Below, piece by piece: positions 13,437 through 26,077 of a stretch of DNA of 64,000 nt. The notes beneath the pieces were generated by a model, which worked only from the letters and a program-made list of their open reading frames with translations, was not told the DNA's origin and did no database searches. The stretch comes from the human T2T-CHM13v2.0 reference genome, Homo sapiens. The stretch lies in assembly GCF_009914755.1 (NCBI RefSeq), contig NC_060927.1, one strand, 5' to 3'. The position numbers and the translations under genes were made by a program. Position 1 is the stretch's first letter. Each line of letters opens with the position of its first letter.

Positions 13437-15921
13437 CAGAGAGAAAGAGTCCACTGCATAACCAAAAAATATGAATTTGGTTCCTAGAATGCAAAAAAAT
13501 ATATCTAACCAGTACATTTTAACCCAGAAATGTTCAATTTAAGCATTAGGTCTATAATAATAAGTGGAAACGTTTGATCAACTATCATTTATTCATTTAT
13601 TTAATAAATATACACATAGTAAATATTTATTACTATTATCATCTGTGTTATTGTATGAAAATCATTATGTTAATGAAATTATATATTTACATACTTCGGT
13701 TTTAGATTAAGCAATATGATATTGCCTGTAAGTGATCATTTTTACCTCAAAAATGACTGTTTCATATTTTTCTGCCTAGTATTTGATTTAATCACTGAAT
13801 AATGATATATGTTAATTCAACAGCTTGTAAGGTCAATTTAGTAAAAGCACAAATTTATATGAATGAAAATAATGGCCTGCAAAGTTAAGATTTGACTCTG
13901 CTGTAGAAATGGACACAAATTACATCAATTTACCAAAAAGAATAGTTCTTACAATCAGAGTTAAGCAAGTACTTGCTCCTCTTGGTGGTTTACCAACTGC
14001 CAAAATAACAGCAAGATCAGATTTCTTCATAGAAAGTTATTGGTATGAAACTTTTTGGATTAAACAGTTGTTTCTGTAACTATTAACTAAATCATTAAAA
14101 GGGTTAGCCTATTTATAGTAACCTTGAACCTTTTTAAATTTAATGTTTTCAGATGAAAGCATTGATCCTTCCATGCTTCATAAAATGGCATCCCACTGGG
14201 CAGTGTCATTAGTGATAGTCCTACTGGGAGAGACACCCGTCCAAATTATTGAATGAAGAGCCTAATATAGTGAAAGATACTTCTAAAGTGCAGCTTGATG
14301 TTTTAAAAATGCTTTCATACATAATGGATGCCTACTGTACTCAGCTATTTGAGGTGTTGTAGCACTTACTGAATTTTCACATAAATTGCTGCTCTCTGAA
14401 TAAGACTATTGTACCAGTTTATAAGGCTTGATATATTTTCTACCTTCCAAATGGGCATTCAACGAACTTAAATTTTATCTTTATATTGTACTTAACTGTA
14501 ACTCAGTAATTTTTCTTAAAGGAGGAGAACAAATTGTACAATACAGTCCATATTAGAAGGAATTAGCTTTTGTTTTTAAAAAGAAGAGAATGTGTTTTAT
14601 ATCATTTGACATTTTCAACTTATAAATTTTAGCAAGCATGCATCCATTATAATTACACTGGTTTTTTACTATGTAATTTACCACAGAACAGAATACATAT
14701 ACAGACAGTTAAATTAATTCATTAGATAGGGGACATATAGGAAAGTCAGCTTCTTATAGTTAACCAATCCAAATATATTCATAAAAATATAGATGGAAAA
14801 CTTGATTCAAGAAATAGTTTCCATTTATCTTTCAACAGTAGTTTTCAAATTGGTTAGCATAAGGTCCAACTTTAAATGGATGAATTATGTTTTGAAAATA
14901 AATACTTGCATTTAAATGATTATTTTCAGCAGTGAATTATTCTTCGGCTATCTCTCTGCACAGAGCATAAGACATTTATTTATTTATTTATTTATTTAGA
15001 CGCTTTGCTAGGCTAAGATTCAAAATGGGTTACTAGTGAAGGAAGAGGAGTTTTGCCTAGTTTGGCAAGAGATTTATCTACAAGCTCTATAAAAAGACAA
15101 GTTTTTATTTGGTGAAACCAGTTAAGATGCAAGAGTTGGAAATTTTTGAGTTGGAGTAACTATTTTTTAAAAAAACTAACCATGAAAAAAATTCTGGGGT
15201 CTGTTGTCATTTTGGATAACAAGGATCCGTCCCATTCTATTCTCCCATCTACATCCATCTCCCAGATCCTTATAGAGAGTTATGCCCAAGGGAGATTCCA
15301 GGTAAATTAATAATTTTATTACCAATTATAGTCTACTCTTAAATCTTTCTGTGATTCCTGCCCTTGGCTAGCTGCACAGAACTTCCATCTAATAGATGGA
15401 GTGTACATCTAACATAAGGCCAAGACTAAAATCAAATTTGTGGAGCCAACTCCATGTTTCCTTCTCCCTAGCTTATGTCACAGGTTTATAAGAAGAAAAT
15501 GAAGTGTTTCTGCCCCCAGGTTCTATCAGCTACACTGGAGGAATAGAGAAAAAAAATGAAAATGGACAAGTAATCTAAGAGTTGTAGGAGATGTCAAAAT
15601 AGGAGGACTAGAAACAGAAGAGTTATCAAGTTCTTTTTCTTTCACCAGAAATTATATTCTCCTAGCAATTATGACTTTGTCATGGCTAACATTAGTACCT
15701 CTTAAGAGTAAGTATAGGGTCAGAGAGGGTAGAAGGTAAAACTGAGTTTTTTGTTCTAACCCCAGAAGTGAGACTACAAAGACTTTCAGCGAGAAAACAA
15801 AACCAGCTCAGGAGAGCTAATTATTTACTAGAGAAAGGCTAGGTTGCTGGTTTAAGAAGAGTTCCCAGATTGAGCCAACAATGACCAAGGGGCTTGCATG
15901 AGAGTTCCTAGATTGAGCTAC

Positions 15922-16334
15922 TGTTACAGTTTGGATTTTTCAGTCCTCCAAATCTCATTTTGAAATATGATCTCCAATGTCGGAAGTGGGACCCCATGGG
16001 AGGTGTTTGGGTCATGGGGGTAGATTTTTCATCAATAGATTAATACCCTCTCTGGGGATTGGGGGCTGTGAGTGACTTTTTACTTTTGTTAGGTCCTGGG
16101 AGAACTGCTTGTTTAAAAGAGCCTGGCACTTTTCCCAACCCTTGTTTTCCTGTCTCACCATGTGATCTCTGCACACACTGGCTCCCCTTCCCTTTCTGCT
16201 GTGAATGGAAGCAGCTTGAGGCCCTCACCAGATGCAGATGCTGGGTCCATGTTTCTTATACAGCCTGCAGAACTGTGAGCCAAATAAACCTCTTTTCTTT
16301 ATAAATTACCCAGCCTAACAAACAGACTAAGACA
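15922..16334 (+). mobile_element. MSTB-type solo LTR (ERVL-MaLR)
   Basis: tgttacagtttggat...gaactgtgagccaaataaacctcttttctttataaattacccagcc...gactaagaca. Confidence 0.88.
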
Positions 16335-16626
16335 GCCATCAGTGGTCAAAGAGCTTGAACAGGATGCCACCAGCCTGAATATAAAGGCCAATCCAGGCAG
16401 AAATGGAGACCAGGAGAGCTCCATTAAAAACTAATAAAGCTTTAATTTAGATACAGGTACAGTAGCAAAGGTGGAACTGTGAGGTACAAATAAATGGGAA
16501 CATTACTACAAATTTGGATAAAGACATTTTAGAGGAATCTAAAGAAGAATAAATCTATTAAACAGCTTTTACACTAATGTGTGGGAAAAGAGTGAATTCA
16601 TGAATTTCAACAGAAAACAAAGTAAA

Positions 16627-16790
16627 AGAGAGACAGGAAGGAAGGTAGGAAGGAAGGAAGAAAGGATGGAAGGAAGGGGAAGGGAAGGGGAAGGGAAGGG
16701 GAAGGAAAGGAAAGAAGGGAAGGAAAGAAGGGAAGGGAGGGAGAAGGAGGGAGGGGAGGAAGGAGGGAAGGAAGGAGGGAATGAATGAAT
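16627..16790. repeat. GA-rich polypurine low-complexity tract (GGAA/GGGAA)
   Basis: Direct inspection. Confidence 0.95.
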
Positions 16791-17204
16791 ATGTAGACCT
16801 GTGATTAAGATAGAGTACAGGATGTTAATGCTTGATTGATGTGGTAAACGGGTCGATTCACCTTGTTGGACTCCCGTATTCTCTTCTGCAAAATGCAAGA
16901 TTAGATTGAACCTGGATGATTTATAATGTTCCTTAAGGATTTAGGAACTTATGATTCATGATACTAAACCAAGTTGAATAATGGATCCATTTATCTGTTA
17001 CAAACTTGTTTAAAGCATGAGAGTTTATCACAAAGATAAAATTTTGGTTAAGAGTATGTTATACAACAAAGGCATCCATGAAGGTGGACTGAAGAGTATT
17101 AAAGGGAAAAGTTGAGATCCAAGAACATAAAACCCTGATTTCACAGATGGTAGTAATGGAAGTTCATCCCTGAAGAGTTTTCTGTTGGAGAGTGTTCTGC
17201 TCAA

Positions 17205-17345
17205 AATCAATGCATCTCAAATTTAATGTGGATACAAATCATGTGCAAATATTATCAAAATTCGGATTCAGTAGGTCTTAGAGGGTGCGGTGCCGAGATT
17301 TTTATTTCTAACAAGCTCCAATTTTATATCAATAAGTACCACTTT
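17205..17345. mobile_element. MER5-type hAT-Charlie MITE
   Basis: gattcagtaggtct...tttctaacaagctcc motif. Confidence 0.6.
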
Positions 17346-18659
17346 GCTTTCATATCCAAGTATATATTATATTCCAATGGCTTACAGTGAAAAAAGCAAA
17401 TTTATGTATACCATAATTGTTCAGTCAAAAGTCAGACTTTTGGCCATGTTGACAATGATAGTTATCCAGAACTAGTTTTGTATGAGCTGATTCATTCTCT
17501 TAAATACAGGACAATAGTTATGATCACATATCATCAAAAATAGGATAGATTATATTCAACATATTATCAAGTTTGATGGATAAATCAGTGGAGCATTCAA
17601 TGCCTTTTAGAAAAATTGTCATCTAAAATGTCAAAGCATGTTTTGTTAATATAATTATATAATTAAATGGGTATATTTTAGGTATTTTGAAATCTTTTTC
17701 ATCCAGGACATTATATCATCCAGGGAAAAATACATAGCAGAGGTACCAGTGTAAATACACATTTTTATGCTGCCTTTAGGCATAATTCAATATATTTTAT
17801 TGTACTAAATGGAAGCTACATTCTCTGAACACTATCCTGACATAGAGAAAAAAATATATTCCTGTTAAAAATATAAAATTGATCTGGATATTCTTTGTTA
17901 CATATTACTTGAACCTGTTCATCTCTATCACCATTTACTGATTTTCACCTGTGTTATTTTTCACATTCCAGTCATGCCACTAACACTTTAGAAAGTAGAA
18001 TTAGTGCTGCTGCTGTTAGTTCCTACCATTCAGATCTGATTCCAATGTACATTTTAAGATATTTTGTTTACCTAGCAAAGTAACTAAGAAGTTTGGAGAA
18101 GTGAGGCTAAAAAAATGTATTATGTCTTAGGCTGCAAGTGGCCTCTCTTGCAGAAGTTTTTCTTTGTTGAGAGTTTCTAGGTTGCAAGTGTCTTCCTTAT
18201 TGAGGCATTGCAGACAAGTTTTTATTATCTCACATTTTCTAAATACCAACTGTTTGAAGTGTCTTCCATTCCTACCCTTTCACAAGCATTCAGTTGATGC
18301 CTTGTACTAGAAGAGTGACGTCAAGTGACTGTGCTGAATAAAATAGCTTTAACCGTTAAGGAAAGAAACTGGTGTATAAATAAAGATATCTGTTCAGATT
18401 TCCTTTGTACCGCCGAATCCTCTTAGCCTGTAGTACTTTTGAAAATAGAAGTAAAAGTATTGTTCTTTCTTTCTTAAGTACACACTTGTGTTCTATGAGT
18501 CTTTATTTTTTGTATATTTTCTGTTCACATTTGAAGCACTGTGTATGTATGTGTGTGTGTCTGTGCATGTGTGTTGTTTGTGTGCTGTTTGGGAGGCATA
18601 GTTGGGAAGAAAGCATGTTATAGATTAGGATTTAGGATATGGTTTCTGAACATTCTCTT

Positions 18660-20363
18660 GCCCCATGCAAGTACAAACTCCAGCAAGGTAGTCAAATCTT
18701 AAAGCTCCAAAATTATCTCCTTTGACTCCATGTCTCACATCTAGGTCATGCTGATCCAAAAGGTAGGTTCCCATAACCTTGGGCAACCCTTCCCCTGTGG
18801 CTTTGCAGGGTATGGCCCCCTCCTAACTGCTTTCATGGGCTGGCATTGAGCAGCTTTTCTCGGCACACAGTGCAAGCTGTGGATGGATCTACAATTCTGA
18901 GGGCTGCAAGATGGTGGCCCTCTTCTCACAGTGCCCCAATGGGAACTCTGTGTGGAGTTCCAACTCCACATTTCCCTTCTGCACTGCCCTCGCAGAGGTT
19001 CTCCATGAAGGCCCCACCCTTGCAGTGAACTTCTGCCTGGACATCCAGGCATTTCCATATATCCTCTGAAATCTAGGCAGAGGTTCCCAAACCTCACGTC
19101 TTGACTTCTGTGCACCTGCAGGCTGAACACCACATGTAAGCTTCCAAGGCTTGCACCTTGCACCCTCTAAAGCCACAGCCTGAGCTGTACCTTGGCTCCC
19201 TTCAGCCATGGCTGGAGTGGATGAGATTCAGGACACCAAGTCCAAAGGCTGCACAAAACAGCAAGACCCTGGGACCAACCCATGAAACCATTTTTTCCTC
19301 CTAGGTCTCTGGGCCTATGATGAGATTGGCTGACGCGAAGGTCTCTGACATGCCATGGAGACATTTTTCCCATTGTCCTGGCAATTAACATTTGGCTCTT
19401 CATTACTTAGGCAAATTTCTACAGCTGGCATGAATTTCTCCTCAGAAAATGGGTTTTCCTTTTCTATCGCATCATCAGGCTGCAAATTTTTCAAACTTTT
19501 ATGCTTTGCTTCTGTTTTAAACATAAGTTCCATTTCCAAATCATATCTTTGTGAATACATAAAACAATGCTTTTCACAACACCCAAGTCACCTCTTGAAC
19601 ACTTTGCTGGTTAGAAATTTCTCCTGCCAGATAACCTAAATCATCTCTCTCAAGTTCAAATTTCCACAGATCTCTAGGGCAGGGGCAAAATGCCACCAGT
19701 CTCTTTGCTAAAGCATAACAAGAGTCACCTTAGCTCCAGTTCCCAACAAGTTCCTCATCTCTATTTGAGACCACTAGGCCTGGACTTCATTGTCCATATC
19801 ACTATCATCATTTTGGTCAAAGCTATTCAACAAGTCTCTAGTAAGTTCCAAACTTTCCCACATCTTCCTGTCTTCTTCTGAACCCCCCAAATGGTTCCAG
19901 CTTCTGCCTGTTATCCAGTTCCAAAGTCACTTTCACATGTTTCGGCATCTTTACAGCAGCGCCCCACTACCCGGTACCAATTTTCTGTATTAGTCCATTT
20001 TCACTCTTCTATGAAGACATACCCAAGACTGGATAATTTATAAAGGAAAGAGGTTTAATGGACTCACAGTTCAGTATGGCTGGGGAGGCCTCAGGGAACT
20101 TACAATCATGGCAGAAGGGGAAGCAAACATGTCCTTCTTCACATGGTGGCAGCGAGAAGAATAAGAGCTGAGAAAAGGGGGAAGCTCCTTATAAAAGCAT
20201 CGGACCTCATGAGAACTCACTCACTATCACAAGAACAGCAGTATGGAGGTAACCGCCCCCATGATTCAATTACTTCCCACCGGGTCCCTCCCATAACACA
20301 TGGAGATTATGGTAACTACAATTCAAGATGAGAACTGGTTGGGGATACAGTGAAACCATATCA
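18660..20363 (-). mobile_element. THE1 (THE1C/D-like) provirus: 5' LTR (19986-20363) plus internal region, 3' LTR missing
   Basis: LTR tgtattagtcc...aaaccatatca next to cagcgccccactacccggtaccaatt (start of the internal region on the - strand); THE1-int sequence continues left to about 18660. Confidence 0.92.
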
Positions 20364-21373
20364 CATCTAAACCAGAAATATCACCTATGTAAATTTCAAA
20401 TAGCTAAATTAATTTCTGAACAGATTTTTGGTCAGATACTACCAATTCCTTTGTTAATGAAGAAACCTCTTCCCATGGGGTGCCAAAGTAAAAAGACAGA
20501 ATGCATAATTGCCAAAAAATGTAATGATTAGGAGTGATTTCTCTGACTATTTAAATTTTATTTGCAAGATATCATTAGTCTGTGCTTATTTCCATCTAGC
20601 AGGGTATATGGATAGACTATAACCCAACATATGTCAAATAATTTTGGTGGGTAGCTCATTTGAACTAATATGGAAACTCCTCGAAGACAAAAATGTAATA
20701 ATACATTAGCAATGTAATGCTATCATAAATTAGAAATGAAAAATGTTGTTCTATTTTTGGGGTATTAATTTTTCCTACTGAACATGTACATTCATTCAGA
20801 ACTGTAGAAACAAAAAAGGGGAAAGAAAAGAAAAAGAAACATAGAAATATGACATTTGTCCTCTAAATTTCACTTTTTCAAAACTTAATTCCAACTTGAC
20901 TTTAATATAGTTTAGCCATTATAAGCATTCTACCTAATGAATTTTTAAGAGCATTTATATGTAAAGTAGAAAAATTATTGTTTTGATTTTTTTCATTTTC
21001 TCAGTTCTGCAAATTAAGTACTTTAGATATTTTTTAGGTTTGATACAAATTAAATTTCAACTTATATGTAAATATTAGGTGTACATTTTATAGTTCTGTT
21101 CTCAGCACTGTAGTATGAGGAAAGCACTGTGTTGTATCAGAAGCTATGAATTATACAAAATCAGAATTAACTGCTTGGATAGCCTTTTGCAAATCATTTC
21201 ACATAATTTGGTCTCTCAGTTCTCATCAAAGAAATTTTCAGAGGCTCGGTCCCTAAATAATAACTAAGTTATAAGAATCTATAGGGGTATGACCATGCTT
21301 ATGTCAATAAAATAGTAATGATGGTGATAATAATAATAATCACATTTATTAAGCACATTCTGATGTGCCAGGC

Positions 21374-21851
21374 TCTGGTAAGCAGAATAATGATCTCCCC
21401 AAAGATGTCCAGATTCTGTTCCCCAGAACCTGAAATATGTTAATTTACATGGCAAAATGACTTTATGATGTGATTAAGGTTAAGGGCATTGAGATGAGGA
21501 GATTATCATGGATTATCCAGTCGGGCTCAACCTAATTACATGAGGCCTTAAAACAGAGCCACTTCCTGGCCGCAGTGAGGAAGACGTAGATACAGTGTGG
21601 CTGGTTTTGAAAAAAAAAGGCAGAAAGCAGGACAAGGAACACATGCAGCTTCTGGAAAATGGAAAAGGTAAGAAATTGGATTCTCCCATAGAGCCTCCAG
21701 AAAGTAACAATCTGCTGACACCTTGATTTTAGCCCAGTGAGCCCTATGTCAGACTTCTGATCTCCAGGAACTATATGACAATAAATTTGTATTGTGTAAA
21801 CCACTGTGTTTGTGGTAATTTGTTACAACAGCAATGAAAATTTCTGATGTA
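21374..21851 (+). mobile_element. MLT1D-type LTR inserted into a MIR
   Basis: ggtaagcagaataatg...ccccaaagatgtcc...tttgttacaacagcaat; the antisense MIR continues on both sides. Confidence 0.85.
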
Positions 21852-22427
21852 CCAGGCTCTCTGCTAAGTACTTTATATTAGCTTATTTTTGGCCTCACAA
21901 CAACTCTAAGAAATAAGGGCCATTATTATCCCCATTATTATTAAGGTTTAGGATATTTTAAGTAGCTTTTCAAGCTCATCACTTGTAAATAGTAAAGCCA
22001 GCATACGACCCCAGGACTGCTTTGGTTGGATAAAGATGATGTCCTTAAAATTATTAGAAAACGTATATCTCAAAACAATTTAAGAGTTCTTGTTTTCATT
22101 TCCTCTACCGTAGAATGAAACTAATTTTTCTTTACTAACTGCATGCTGAAAAGAAGGGTCAATGAGGAAATCTCTGTGAGACATATGGGCCCAATGGGGG
22201 GGAAAAAGCTATTATATACTTTGTGTAAAATTAGTCCTCCTTTTCTTTCTAAAGTCATCAATTTTCTATTTTTCTTTAATCCAATATGTTCAGTATAAAG
22301 TCATCAGTTTTCAACCTTCTTTTAATCAGAGGTATTTCCTGGTATTTTATAAGGGAAAAATAAAATGTGACATCACTAACCTGTTATATTGTAGAATATA
22401 ACAATGAATCTTTTGTTTTATAAAGGG

Positions 22428-22502
22428 CCTGCCTTCCTTCTTTCCTTCCTTCCTTCCTTCCTTCCTTCTTCTTTTCCCTTTCTTCCTTTCTTCTCTTTTT
22501 TC
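22428..22502. repeat. CT-rich tract including (TTCC)6
   Basis: Direct inspection; TTCC x6 at 22442-22465. Confidence 0.9.
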
Positions 22503-22589
22503 GGCCTAAGCAGGAACTCATTCACCTAAGAAGGAAAACAAAGTTGCTCCCTCTTAAGAAAGACATCCTGCTGATTTTGTCAGACAACA

Positions 22590-22977
22590 ATTCTTTCTTG
22601 CTTTCTTTCCTTCTTTCTCTCTCATTTTGTTTCTCTCTTTCCCTCCTTCCCTCCCTCCCTTCTTTCCTTCCTTCCTTCCTTCTTTTTTTTCTAGGGAATG
22701 GGTCTTGTTCTGTTGCCCAGGCTGGAATGTAACGTCACGATCATAGCCTACGACAGCTTTGAACTCCTGGGCTCAAGTGATCCCCCCACCTCAGCGTCCT
22801 GACTAACTGGGAACACAGGCACCCACCACCACACCTGGCTAATCTTTTCGTTTTTTTGTAGAGATGGAATCTTGCCATGTTGCCTAGGCTGGTCTTGAAT
22901 TCCTGGCCTCAAGTGATCTTTCTGCCTCAGCTTTCCAAAGTGCTGGGATTATAGGCATGAACCACTGCACCTGGACC
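22590..22977 (-). mobile_element. AluJ with tail expanded into a CT-rich microsatellite
   Basis: Antisense Alu body 22690-22977 preceded by a (CTTT/TTCC)n tract. Confidence 0.9.
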
Positions 22978-24843
22978 ACTGTTTTCTCTTTACTCTTATG
23001 ATGCCCCCATTTATCTTAATCTTATTCTTATCGCAACTCCCAGACACCTCCTGTCCTCTTGGTGCACTAAAGCCTAACTTTCTCTTTGCTCATACAGACT
23101 GAGAGAGATCTTTTTGCCCGGAAGCTTTGAACATTTTATAAACTCCTTACCAAAATAACACCACTTAATCTGTGTCATCTGTGGTGACGAGCTTGTGAAA
23201 GCTATGTGGACTCTTTGGCACTGCATATGATACCACATTCCACATCAGAAATCTGGAGCATCCAGAAAGTAATTTAGCTCCTTGTTTTCCTCTTTGGTGC
23301 TGAAAGCCCTTGAAACCACTTGGGGGCTGCTGATATCTCAGATTCTCTATAAGTAGGAAACTTTTTGATAAAAACTGCAGTACCAGCAGGACCTTTTAGT
23401 GTGATGAGCACTAGAAGAATGAACAGGGTGAAATTTGTTTTGTTCCACAAAGGGACAAAAAAAAAACAAAACAAAACATGAAGATGGGTATAGACAGAAA
23501 GAGAATCTGTGAAAGATAGAGCCCTGGTTCAAAAAAATGACATATTTAAACTCAGGCAATGAAATAGTGAGACAACAAGTTTTAAAATAGATAACAGCAA
23601 CATAAATAAGAACTTATTTTTATATGAAGAATCTGAGGTTGTACTTAAAGTATGCAAAGCACGGTGGAATAATACATTTTACACAGCACGCACTCAGAAT
23701 CCGTTTATGTCTAAAATTAGCAAACAAGATCAAAGTGCCATTTACTACCTATGGCTGCAAATTAATGATTAAAGAAGAACAGGTTGATGGTTCTACCTAA
23801 AAAGTAAAAGAAAAGTTAAGGGAATTAAAAATCACAGTATTGTAGAATAGGTCTCAGTTAAATAATGCACATGGATGTTTTCCAAAAGAAAACTAAACTA
23901 GTTCTGCTTTCCCTCTCTTGTTTTTTCTTAACTTTCAACAATTGGCTGTTCTCAAAGCCCAAATAGTTCCATTCACTATAAGTTTCAAGTGCTTAGCAAA
24001 AATGCTGATAGCTTCAGTTTAGCTGTTTTCGGAAGTATGTGGATTTTTAAAATACTCACTTTTTTCTGCTATCAGAAAACTTAAGGGACGTATGAGAAAA
24101 TAAATATGAGCCGAAAAGGCCTTTTTCATATGTGAAACATTGCAGAGCATAACAATACGCAAGTTCCCCAATACATTGTAGTTTCCTATAATTAAATACT
24201 TATATTCACATAGAGGAATATATCTTACATTTTCAAATTAGGCGAATAATTTTATAGCCAAATCTTTTAGTTTATATAGAACCCAAATGCTTAATATATC
24301 TTTGTTATATAATAATATTTTATATTGTGGTCTTAAAGCCATTCAGAAAGGACTAACAGTCATTTCCCCAGAAAAGTCAACTCTGTTACAAGAAGTTACA
24401 GAGAGCTTTGCTTCTTATTTTGTAGTGTGCAAAGAAAAAGAGAAAAATGGGATAAGGATGGAGGGAAAGAGGAAGGAAAGTTAATACTTTGAATGCTAAC
24501 ACTAAACAGGCTGTTACAAAAGCGTTCTGTCCTCCTCAGTCACTGAAGAGGAAATGCCTATTTTGTATCTCCCTCATTGTCTTCGCTTTTGCTGGACTTG
24601 TCGTACCAGTCACCCCAGAAGTCACTCAGCATGCCCCCTCTCATTCACTGGTTCTCTGCAAGGTCTTTTGACATTCTTGGTGTTAGGCACATTAACAGAA
24701 CAGAGTGACTGAGGTAGATAAGATTATCTTAAAGTAAATTGTGAGGTGATTTTTTATTAATAGAAGAGTTCCATCCTGAAGAAATTACTTCTCATTCTGC
24801 TTGGTGCATTGGTGCAGTTAGATATTCTGATAGTCCAATTGAG

Positions 24844-24845
<2 letters not shown>

Positions 24846-24874
<29 letters not shown>

Positions 24875-24893
24875 CATGCGTGTGTGTGTGTGT
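24846..24893. repeat. (GT)n microsatellite
   Basis: Direct inspection. Confidence 0.95.
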
Positions 24894-25766
24894 GGTGGAA
24901 CGTACAGAAAAGAGACGAAAAAGAGCAATGAAGAAGTGTAATAAAATTAGTCCTCAAATATGGAAAGAATTAAATGGACGTTTCCATCTCTTCTTTCACC
25001 CTATTACCTCATTCTAACTATTCTTAGCAGGTAAAGAAAAAACGTCTTTACTCTATTTTTGAATCTAATCAATGCAGAATAGAAAGTTTATGGTACCCTT
25101 AAGGAAAAGAATTCATATAAAGTGTATTCTCACCTAAACCCCCAAAACCGTAAGAATGTTTTCTTCTTAGTTTCTTTAAAAAGCTATGAATCATTTTACT
25201 AGGAAAATAGGATTTTTAAAAGGTCACAGAATATACTGAAGACAAGAAATAATTTTTCTTTAAATACTATATAGGATGAGGAAATAGAGAAGAAAGAGAA
25301 GACTTCCCCAGCCATTTATGATGATAAGGAACTTTAAGTTCTTTTGCCTTCATATTTGTATAAATTTCCTAATTGGCCAACACTACAATTCACAATAACA
25401 TGAATTATATAATGCATGTAATTTCTTCAGAGAAAATGCCTTACTGGATGTGTATTGTGCACTAGTTAGCCTTGCTTATTATTTTTTTTAAGTGAAACAG
25501 CATGGGTTGTTAGCAAATCAAATTTCTTTAAAAATAAATGAGCTTGGATAGTCTCCTGATGTCTACATTCCTCATGGCATAATAAACGCCCATCATGGTT
25601 TTGTGGTGACATTCATAGTTTCAAATATTTTGTCCTGCTGTCATGGTAAGTGCATTCATACGTGGAAGATTATATCCCAAGTTTGCATTTAGAAGATATA
25701 GTCACTGAACCCATATGTTGCCCATCAAAACTTTTTGGCTCTTACTGTTTGAAAGGGGAAATTGGG

Positions 25767-26077
<311 letters not shown>

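Noticed and set aside
16569-16898. Charged / Pro-Ser-rich ORFs
   Set aside because: Translation of the GA low-complexity tract.
18741-19993. Cluster of 60-140 aa ORFs on both strands
   Set aside because: They lie inside the decayed THE1 internal region, with no intact gag/pol or recognisable domain.
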